A DNA stretch of 64,000 nucleotides from an uncultured Chloroflexia bacterium (lineage in GTDB: Bacteria; Chloroflexota; Limnocylindria; Limnocylindrales; CSP1-4): the NCBI GenBank assembly GCA_963763775.1, contig CAVXPZ010000004.1:96001-160000 (forward strand), read 5' to 3'. Within the stretch, counting starts at the first letter, position 1. Each line of letters opens with the position of its first letter. This document shows positions 56,332-64,000 of this stretch, piece by piece. Below the pieces are notes generated by a model. It saw only the letters and a program-made list of their open reading frames with translations, ran no database searches and was not told the origin of the DNA. The position numbers and the translations under genes were made by a program.

Positions 56332-57281
56332 CGCGACCGTCCGAGTGCCGGGGACAGGGTGGCTTCGTCGAGGGTCACGACGGCCTCCGCTGTCGCGACG
56401 TCGGTCACGAGCGTGCGGACGACGCCGGCGCGGAGGGCCCCGAGGATCGGCCGGACCTTGTTCTCGCCCGAGGCCACGCCGATCGCGACCGGGACACGCC
56501 CGAGTCGGCGGGCGTCGAAGGCGATGACCCGATCCCGCAGGGCCGGACAGACGAACCGGCCGTCGAGGTCGAACGGCGCGACGAGGACCTCGCCGACGGC
56601 GTCGCCCTGCTCGAGCTCCTTCTCGACCTTGCGTCCGACCGTGGCCGCGCTCCAGGCGGGGCCGCCGATGCCGAAGAGCGCGACGTCCAGCCGGTCCCAC
56701 AGGTCGAGGACGGCCTTCAGGCCCGCATGCGAGGTCAGCGCCCGTTTCGTGGCAGCGTCGTCGACCAGTCCCGGGGCCATGAGGCCATGCGGCTGGGCGC
56801 CGAGCACCTCGGCCACGCGCCGGTACGGCTCCCGTTCCGGGCCGGTCGACCAATACCCGCCACAGAGCGGGACGACCGTGGCGGCGACCGGACTCGCGGA
56901 TTCGTCGAGGGAATCGGTCGTCGCCGAGACCGATGCCCCGTCACCGATCCCGACGACCTGGCCGTCGCGGACGGCCGCCCGGAGGAGTTGCGCGGCCAGC
57001 CGGCCCACCATCCGGCGGGTGAGGTCCTCCGGTCCGGCGATCGTCGGGGCCAGCGCGACCTGGTCGAGGCCGTAGCTCGCCCGGAGGGCCTCGGCCGCCG
57101 GGCTCTCGGCCGTCGTCGAGTCGATGATCCGGATCTCGACGATGCCCTCGGCGCGAGCGCGCTTGAGGAGGCGCGAGACCTGCGGACGCGTGACGCCGAG
57201 GAGTGCCGCGATCTCGCCCTGCGTCTCACCCAGCTCGTAGTAGAGCCGGCTGGCCCGGACGAGCTGCTCGAGATCGCTCAT
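56328..57281 (-). CDS. SorC/LsrR-family sugar-binding transcriptional regulator
   Basis: ASRLYYELGETQGEIA..LGVTRPQVSRLL..AR.EGIVEIRI; ALFGIG; GENKVRPILGAL; LVTD. Confidence 0.92.
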   Translation of the reverse strand: MSDLEQLVRASRLYYELGETQGEIAALLGVTRPQVSRLLKRARAEGIVEIRIIDSTTAESPAAEALRASYGLDQVALAPTIAGPEDLTRRMVGRLAAQLLRAAVRDGQVVGIGDGASVSATTDSLDESASPVAATVVPLCGGYWSTGPEREPYRRVAEVLGAQPHGLMAPGLVDDAATKRALTSHAGLKAVLDLWDRLDVALFGIGGPAWSAATVGRKVEKELEQGDAVGEVLVAPFDLDGRFVCPALRDRVIAFDARRLGRVPVAIGVASGENKVRPILGALRAGVVRTLVTDVATAEAVVTLDEATLSPALGRSR

Positions 57282-57303
57282 CGCGGGTCCCGAGGACGGT
57301 GCG

Positions 57304-57329
57304 GCACAGATGTACTGAACAGATGTGCA
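57304..57329. promoter_or_regulatory. Candidate operator for the SorC-type regulator
   Basis: Tandem imperfect palindromes GCACAGATGTAC and TGAACAGATGTGCA upstream of the regulator. Confidence 0.55.
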
Positions 57330-57379
57330 TGCATGCGATGCGCATGATACACGGCCCTCGCGAGCCTGGGTGCCTCGGC

Positions 57380-58832
57380 TCAGGCGGGCGGCAGCGCCGC
57401 CAGCGCGGCCCGGGCTCGCGCGGCCTGGAGCGGGTCGAAGCTCGGGTCGAGGTCGAGGGCCCGCTGCAGGGTCGTGCGGGCGTCGGCGGTCCGGCCGAGG
57501 GCCAGGTCGATCATGCCGGCGTGGTACAGGACCTTGGCATCGACCGTCCCGAAGGCGAGCGCCGAGCGCATCGCCGCGTCCGCGTCGGCGGGACGGCCGG
57601 CCGCGAGCAGGGCCCAGGCCATCGCGTCGTAGCCGTAGACGTCCTTGCGGGTCGCCAGCTCGGACTCGGCCAGCCGGACCGCGCGATCGGGCTCGAGGCC
57701 GTGGTTCGCGAGATACAGCGCCAACGTCCGGTCGTACACGTTCGCCGCTTCGCCGGAGAGCTTCGCGATGGCCTCGACCGTGGCGAGGTCCGTCGACGCC
57801 CGACGGGCGTCGCCCGGGCTGTCCGCGGAGCGTGTACAGGTCGCCGCGTCGGGCGAGGAACTCGGGCTGCGGCACGATCGCGATGGCGGCGCTGAGCTGG
57901 GTGATCGCGCCGTCGAGATCGCCGTCGGCGGCCGCGACCCGAGCCAGTCCCGAGCGGGCCAGGAACGAGCCCGGATCGGCGACCAGGGCCGCGGCATACG
58001 CCTTCGCGGCGCCGGGTCGGTCACCGGTCGAGATCAGCACGTCGGCCAGTTGATAGCGGTAGAACGCGGCGCGCTCGCCCTCGGCGCCCTCGGCGACCGA
58101 GGCGTCGACGGCGGCCCGGACCTGGCGGACTGCCGTGGCGGTGTCGCCCGTGATGAACGCGAGATGCCCGAGCCGGCCGAGGATCGCCGCCGACGGCGCG
58201 ACGCGCTCGGCGTGCGTGTAGGCCGCCGTGGCCGCGACGACATCGCCCAGCTCCAACTCGGCGTCACCGAGGGTGGCGAGCGCGACCGGGTCGGCGGGCT
58301 GGCGGGCGAGGACGGCCCGGGCCTGGTCGGCCGCATCCGTGAACCGGTGCAGGGACACGAGGACGCTCCCGCGGTACCCGAGCGCGGCCGCGTTCGTCGG
58401 GTCGCGGCGGAGGGTCGTCGCGAACGCCGCCTCGGCCGCCAGGTAGGCGCTGAGGTCGCCCGTCGCGCGAGCGAGCTCGATCTGCGAGATGCCGAGCCGG
58501 TTGGAGCTGATGAAGTCGTCGGCGTCGAGCGCGACGCGCTGCCCCCAGAAGTCGACGTCCGCGCGGATCCGGGCCACGTCATCGGCTCGAGCGATCCCCT
58601 CGGTGGCGCCGTCCCCGGCACCGTCGTTCGAGCCGAAGGAGATGGTCCCCGGGTCGAGGTCCCCGACCGTCGGCTCCAGGGGGTCCGCGACCGTCGGACG
58701 GATGACCGGCGGCGTCACGGCGATCCTTGTCGCGACCTGGCTGACGATCACGATCGCCACCATGGCGCCCACGACCGCGAGCGTGCGGGTGCGGAACGAT
58801 CGACGAGGTCGGGAGGCGGTGGCGGAGAGCAT
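57380..58832 (-). CDS. TPR-repeat protein associated with DUF4331 (frameshifts near 57810-57830)
   Basis: N-terminal TM, TPR helices; C-terminus RKDVYGYDAMAWAL...VLYHAGMI...ALDLDPSF in ORF 57380..58024. Confidence 0.8.
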
Positions 58833-58920
58833 CGGTCAGCGTCCTTCGCGTGTGCGTGTCTGAGGTTGGGGTGCCCCGCCCGGGCCGATCGGCGCCGGAC
58901 GGGGCGAGCCAGGCGCTGCC

Positions 58921-60114
58921 CTAGTGGGGCATCGCCAGGTAGGGGAACGTGGACGTGAACGCGGCATCGTTCGCGTCGACGCCGTCGCTCGTGACCGCGC
59001 CGTTCGTGACCAGGCCGAACTCGGCGTTGATCACGTCGTCGGACGGCTTGCGGCCGTTGAGGAACCCGGCGGGGTCGCCGAGCTTGATGGTCAGGGTGTC
59101 GGGCAGCAGGACGTTCGCGAGCCCGTTGATCTGGCCGGCCGTGTACGGGGTGGCCCCAGCGTTGGTCAGGACCGCGCCGAAGGCGTTGAACACGGCGACC
59201 GTGGTGTCCTTCATCGTGGACCGGTCATCGGCCGGGTTGAGGAGGTTCTGGAGATCCTTCTCCGAGTCGGTGATGTTGAAGACGGTGTTGATCGCGGGAC
59301 GACCCATCCGGTCGATCCGCTGCCAGCCGCCGTTCTTCTCGATCGAGGTCGTGGCCCAGACGCCGACGGTCTTGCCCTTGCCGCCGAGCTTGGAGTCCGG
59401 CAGGTTGAGCACGATGCTGCTCACGTTGGTGCCGGCGAACGTGTCGGTGCCGGTGAAGCAGCTGAGCAGGTTGGCGTTCGAGTCGGTGTCGTCGAGCGCG
59501 CAGTTCGTCGAGTCGCCGGCGGAGCCCAGGTCGAGCTGGCCGTCGAGCAGCCGCGACTTGAGGTGCTTGAACCCGACGAGGTCGAAGAAGAACGGGTCGT
59601 CGCGCGGGCCGGCGAAGGCCCGGCCGCCGCCGCTCACGTTGGCCACACGCGTGGTGCCGCCGTAGCGTGAGGTGGTGCCGGTCGCGACCGTGGTGCCGGT
59701 CCATGCGGTGGCCCGAGCCGCCGCGCCGGTCGCTCGCTTGACGTGGAACGTCTGGCTGACGGTGCCATCGCTGTAGTGCTTGAGGTTCGTGAAGCGGACC
59801 TTGTAGGCGATGTCGGCACGGGCGTCGCCGTTGGTGTCGACCTTGATCTCGTAGAGCGTGTTCCCGCGGAACTTGGCGCCCTTCGAGTCGGCCGGCGCGG
59901 TGAGCGGGTTGACGTTGAGCGCCAGGGCGGTGCTGCTGCCGCTGGTCCGCCAGGCGTAGAGGTCCGTGATGTCGACGCGGGCGTCGATCTTCACGAGCGG
60001 TGAGTCGAGGTGGTCGGCGGCGCCGACCGCGAGCGGCCCTGCGCCGATCGCGGCGATCGCGCCGGCCATGGCAAGGGCGCCGGCGGCGCCGAGGAACTTC
60101 GTAGGTGTTCGCAT
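58921..60114 (-). CDS. Secreted DUF4331 family protein
   Basis: AADHLDSP, DITDLYAW, FAGPRDDPFFFD, GTNV, DRMGRPAINT, NGRKPSDDVI, FPYLAMPH. Confidence 0.88.
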   Translation of the reverse strand: MRTPTKFLGAAGALAMAGAIAAIGAGPLAVGAADHLDSPLVKIDARVDITDLYAWRTSGSSTALALNVNPLTAPADSKGAKFRGNTLYEIKVDTNGDARADIAYKVRFTNLKHYSDGTVSQTFHVKRATGAAARATAWTGTTVATGTTSRYGGTTRVANVSGGGRAFAGPRDDPFFFDLVGFKHLKSRLLDGQLDLGSAGDSTNCALDDTDSNANLLSCFTGTDTFAGTNVSSIVLNLPDSKLGGKGKTVGVWATTSIEKNGGWQRIDRMGRPAINTVFNITDSEKDLQNLLNPADDRSTMKDTTVAVFNAFGAVLTNAGATPYTAGQINGLANVLLPDTLTIKLGDPAGFLNGRKPSDDVINAEFGLVTNGAVTSDGVDANDAAFTSTFPYLAMPH

Positions 60115-60302
60115 GGAACCCGTGGGCCTCCAAAGTGGGATCGAGCCGGGATCCGGCTCGTGGTGTCTTGCGCGTCCCGAGGTGCGCCGTGAGCGCAGCG
60201 GTCTACTCGGGTTCGGCCATCGGCGGTCCTCCATCCCCCGGACCGACGATCGATCCAGGTGCTCCGACGCCGAGCGGCAGGGGTCTCGGCAGGTCGGCCG
60301 GG

Positions 60303-60329
60303 ATACGCAGCCCCGGGACGGACGGATGA
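60303..60329 (-). promoter_or_regulatory. Candidate ECF (SigK-like) promoter for DUF4331-TPR
   Basis: Minus strand TCATCC-N16-CGTA about 190 nt upstream of the ATG. Confidence 0.45.
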
Positions 60330-60379
60330 ATGCGCGGTGATGACGGGCACGGAGCCCAGGCGGGCGGCGCGTCGAGGAC

Positions 60380-61756
60380 CTAGAGGACGCGCCCCGGGTT
60401 CAGGATCCCGAGGGGATCGAGGGCGGCCTTGATGGCGCGCATCACCCGCATCGCGTCGGGACCGCGCTGCTCCTCGAGCCACGCCCGCTTGGCGATCCCG
60501 ACACCGTGCTCGCCGGTGATGCTGCCGCCGAGCCCGATGGCCGCCCGGTAGAGGTCCGTCCGGACGGCATCGGTCTTGGCCTCGCCCTGCGGGTCGCCGC
60601 GCTCGAGGACGAGGTCCGGGTGCAGGTTGCCGTCGCCGGCGTGCCCGAAGGTGCCCATCTGGACGTCGTGCTTCGCGGCGATCGCCTCGATGGCCCGGAG
60701 CATGTCCGGGACACGCGCCCTGGGCACGCTGACGTCCTCCATCCGGACCTCGCCAAGCCGCTCGAGCGCGTAGTGCGCCATCCGCCGCGCCTGGCGGAGC
60801 CAGTCGGCCTCCTGGGCATCCGCCGCGCGGATCACGTCCGTGGCGCCCGCGATCCGGCAGACCGCCTCGGCGCGGGCCATCTCATCGGTGGCGGCGGCGC
60901 CCGGCATGTCGGACTCGACCATCAGCATCGCGGCCGCCGTGCGGTCCAGGCCGAGGTCGTTCATGTCATCGACCGCGGCGATCGTGAAGCGGTCAAGCAG
61001 CTCCAGCGTCACCGGGGTGAGCCCGGCCGCGGCGATCGCGCTGACGGCATCGCCGGCGCTTTCCAGCGTCGGGAAGAACGCCAGCATCGTGGAACGTGGC
61101 GGCGGCATCGGCCGGAGACGGAGCGTCGCCTCCGTGATGATCCCGAGCGTCCCCTGGCTGCCGATGAGCAGGTGCGTCAGCGAGTACCCGGCGACGTCCT
61201 TCACGTTCTTGCCGCCCGTCCGGATCACGGCCCCGTCGGCCATGACCACCTCGAGCGAGAGGACGGCGTCGCGGGTCTGACCGTACTTGACGCAGCACAG
61301 CCCGCCGGCGTTGGTCCCGAGGTTGCCGCCGATCGAGCAGATCTCGTACGACGCCGGGTCGGGGGCGTAGAACAACCCGTCCTTCGCGACGATGGCCTTC
61401 AGCGCCGCGTTGATGATCCCGGGTTGGACGACGGCGACGAGGTTCGCCGTGTCCACCTCGATGACCTTGTCCATCGAGGTGAAGGCGATCGTCAGCGCCC
61501 CCTCGATGCCGGCCGCGCCGCCCGAGAGGCCGGTCCCGGCGCCACGCGGCACGATCGGCACGCGGTGCTCGGCCGCGAGCCGCACGAGGGTCGCGACCTG
61601 GGCGGTCTCGGTCGGGAGCGCGACGGCACCCGGCAGCTCGCCCCGCAGGTACGCGGTCTCGTCGGTCCGGTACGCCTCGCGGTCCAGCGGGTCCGTGAGG
61701 AGCCGGAGGTCCGGGAGCTGGTGGCGCACGGCCTCGACCAAGGGTCCGATGGTCAT
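60380..61756 (-). CDS. FAD-linked oxidase, GlcD/D-lactate dehydrogenase family
   Basis: PRGAGTGLSGGA, PDPAS, GGNLGTNAGG..CVKYG, GSQGTLGIITE, GHAGDGNLHP, GEHGVG, LNPG. Confidence 0.9.
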   Translation of the reverse strand: MTIGPLVEAVRHQLPDLRLLTDPLDREAYRTDETAYLRGELPGAVALPTETAQVATLVRLAAEHRVPIVPRGAGTGLSGGAAGIEGALTIAFTSMDKVIEVDTANLVAVVQPGIINAALKAIVAKDGLFYAPDPASYEICSIGGNLGTNAGGLCCVKYGQTRDAVLSLEVVMADGAVIRTGGKNVKDVAGYSLTHLLIGSQGTLGIITEATLRLRPMPPPRSTMLAFFPTLESAGDAVSAIAAAGLTPVTLELLDRFTIAAVDDMNDLGLDRTAAAMLMVESDMPGAAATDEMARAEAVCRIAGATDVIRAADAQEADWLRQARRMAHYALERLGEVRMEDVSVPRARVPDMLRAIEAIAAKHDVQMGTFGHAGDGNLHPDLVLERGDPQGEAKTDAVRTDLYRAAIGLGGSITGEHGVGIAKRAWLEEQRGPDAMRVMRAIKAALDPLGILNPGRVL

Positions 61757-61794
61757 GGCGGCCAGTGTAGGGTGACCGGGGTAGGATTCGCGCC

Positions 61795-63192
61795 ATGCGA
61801 ACCGCCCACGTCGCCGGGCTCGCCCTCGTCGTCGGGCTGGCGATGCTCGGCCTCCCGTCGTCAGCGGTGTCCGCCGCGAGTGCCGCGAGTGCCCCGACCA
61901 CCGCGAGCGCGGTGGTGCCGGCGGCGTCGTCGCCGGTCGGCGTGCGCGACATCGTCGCCGGGTCCGTCGGACGGACCAGCCTGCACCTCACCGCGACGTA
62001 CGACGCCCGCCTGAAGCTGTCCTGGGCACATCACCGGATCCGGGTCGATGCGCGACTGGCTGTGACGAACACGTCGGGCGGCCCGATCGACCGCCTCGAG
62101 CTCAACACGATCGCCGCGCGGCTCGGCGCGATCCAGCTCGACCCGGTCACGGTGGACGGCGTCGCGGTCAAGGCGACGCGCAGCGACCAGACGATCGTGG
62201 TCCCGCTCGGCGGCGTCCTGCCCGACGGCGGCACGACGCAGGTCCGCGTGCGGTTCGGGGCGACGCTGCGGACGAACCTGACCGGCTCGAACTGGCTCTT
62301 CGCGAAGGCCAACGGGATCGCCGACCTGTACCGCTGGCTCCCGTGGGTCAGCCGCAAGACTCGCTTCAGCCGCCCGAACCATGGCGACCCGTTCGTGACG
62401 CCGTCGAGCCCGTCCGTCCGCGTCACGGTGATCACGGATCGCCAGCTCGTGATCGCCACGACGGGCGACCGTGTCAGCGTCAGCGCCGACGGCCTGACCA
62501 AGGTCTACCAGGCGCACGACGTGCGCGACTTCACGGTGACGGCCGCGACCGACTACCGGACGACCGAGCGCCGGGTCGGCGACAACGTCGTGCGAGTCTT
62601 CTACCGTCCCGGGGCGCCGGGCGCCGCGATGCTCGACGCGGCCGCCGATGCCTTCAAGGTCTACGAGGCGAGATTGGGCGCCTACCCCTATCCCGTCTTC
62701 CGAGTCGTCCAGTCGGCCGGGGCGTACGGCATGGAGTCACCGGGGCTCGTCTGGATCCCGACCGGCGCGCCGCGGGCCAACCTCCGCTACCTCGTGGCCC
62801 ACGAGACGGCGCACCAGTGGTTCTACGGCATCGTCGGGAACGACCAGGCGCGCGAGCCGTTCACGGACGAGGCGGCCGCGGACTTCATGGCCCGATACGT
62901 GACGGGCACGAAGCGCGCCAGCCGATGCTCGACGGGACGGCTCGACCTCGACATCTACCACTACACGTCCGCGTGCTACTACGAGCGCGTCTACATCCAG
63001 GGCGGCAACCTGCTGGACACGGCCCGCACGCGCATGGGCTCGGCGGCGTTCTGGGCGGCGCTGCGCGGCTACGTATCGGCGCATCGCTTCGGGCTGACCA
63101 CGACCAAGGCGCTGCTCCAGGCGCTCGACGACGGCACGCCGAAGGATCTTGGCCGCACGCTCTTCGCCCCGCGGTTCCCGCGGATCTACTGA
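61795..63192 (+). CDS. Secreted M1-family (gluzincin) metallopeptidase
   Basis: Signal peptide; YGMESPG, HETAHQWFYGIVGNDQ, DEAAA, YIQG. Confidence 0.88.
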   Translation: MRTAHVAGLALVVGLAMLGLPSSAVSAASAASAPTTASAVVPAASSPVGVRDIVAGSVGRTSLHLTATYDARLKLSWAHHRIRVDARLAVTNTSGGPIDRLELNTIAARLGAIQLDPVTVDGVAVKATRSDQTIVVPLGGVLPDGGTTQVRVRFGATLRTNLTGSNWLFAKANGIADLYRWLPWVSRKTRFSRPNHGDPFVTPSSPSVRVTVITDRQLVIATTGDRVSVSADGLTKVYQAHDVRDFTVTAATDYRTTERRVGDNVVRVFYRPGAPGAAMLDAAADAFKVYEARLGAYPYPVFRVVQSAGAYGMESPGLVWIPTGAPRANLRYLVAHETAHQWFYGIVGNDQAREPFTDEAAADFMARYVTGTKRASRCSTGRLDLDIYHYTSACYYERVYIQGGNLLDTARTRMGSAAFWAALRGYVSAHRFGLTTTKALLQALDDGTPKDLGRTLFAPRFPRIY

Positions 63193-63196
63193 GGGC

Positions 63197-64000
63197 TCAG
63201 CGCTCGCCGTCGGCGAGGCGTCCGTCCGCCGCGAGCGCCTGCGGCATCTGCCGGAACGACGCCGGGAGCCAGGGCCGCCAGGCTCGCCAACCCGCCACGA
63301 GCCAGGCCGAGACCGTGCGCTCGCGGCGACCCCAGCGGAATCCATACGCCTCGCGGACCGACGCCGGGAGCAGCCCGATCGACGGCCACATCGTCCAGTC
63401 GTAGAGCGCGGCCGGGATGGGCAGGCTCGCCGAGACCGCCGGGCAACGGCGGATGCACGATGACCTCGGCAAGCTCGCGCGCGAGCGGCCCGACGCGGAC
63501 CGGGCCGTCCGGCCCGAGCATCCGCTCGAGGTAGCCCTCGAAGGCCGCAAGGTCGGCGGGCAGCATCGCCTCGGGCACGCCGAACGCCCGGCCGACGGGC
63601 CGGGTCTCCGCGTAGAAGGCGGCGCGACGCTCGGGTGAGACAGGCCCGAGCCAGGCGTCGTTGGCGACGATCGTGGCATCGACGAGCGTGGCGTGGACCC
63701 AGAGCGACAGCTCCGGGTCTCGCGCGGCGTAGCCCCGTCCGGTGATCGCCCGATGCAGGGCGTTGAGCCGGCGGATCTCCGCCCGGGCCTCGGGCGCCGA
63801 CCCGTACACGATCGTGAGGAGACTCCGGAGCGTGCCCTGGAGCCGACGCCACGGATCCGCGCGGAAGTCCGAGTGGTCGTCCACGCCCGCGGCGACGGCG
63901 GGGTGCGCGATCTGCATGAGCAGGGCCCGCGGGCCGGCTCCGAGCAGCAGCATCGCCTCGCGGTTCAGCCGCCAGGCCTCGGAGTCGGGGCCGTAGAGGC
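63197..64000 (-). CDS. Oxygenase MpaB-family (DUF2236) protein; start beyond the window, frameshift near 63430
   Basis: YGPDSEAWRLNRE, RALLMQIAHPAVAAGV..HS.F, YAARDPEL.LWVHATL, GLLPASVREAYG. Confidence 0.85.

Noticed and set aside
57282-57379. FMN riboswitch ahead of the RibXY-like operon
   Set aside because: No AGGGCGGGGUGAAAUUCCC-like consensus was found, so rib gene symbols were not assigned.
56328-58832. 834-aa TPR-SorC fusion
   Set aside because: Frameshift artefact; the TPR C-terminus ends at 57380 in another frame and the regulator has its own start at 57281.

Overview
High-GC (~70%+) bacterial chromosomal window. Gene content (RibXY-like transporter, leaderless promoters, secreted S8/Ig-repeat proteins, Ku/LigD) suggests Chloroflexota, possibly Limnocylindria; this taxonomy is an inference. 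Many genes are split by single-base indels, most likely uncorrected long-read errors. Contents, left to right: secreted clan-CD-like peptidase, VapC/Phd toxin-antitoxin pair, papain-like protein, alpha-2-macroglobulin-like lipoprotein, a lower-GC SauUSI-like PLD-helicase-DUF3427 restriction enzyme, Eis-like GNAT, LigD and Ku, two S8 peptidases (one preceded by a structured leader), a GlxA regulator with an FAD oxidase, an RmuC-like nuclease, a dispersed purine-catabolism cluster (guaD, xdh, uricase, uraH, uraD, cyclic amidohydrolase, DUF3830, malate synthase), a PadR locus, a small repeat peptide, TetR/MFS, a SorC-FGGY-ABC operon, DUF4331/TPR, a GlcD-like oxidase, an M1 peptidase and MpaB. The most unusual structure is at 42325-43722: an XRE-HTH/PD-(D/E)XK nuclease gene enclosed by ~111-bp diverged inverted repeats, with a short tandem-repeat array outside each arm. 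It is a candidate non-canonical mobile or selfish cassette. No rRNA, tRNA, CRISPR array or classical transposase was recognised.
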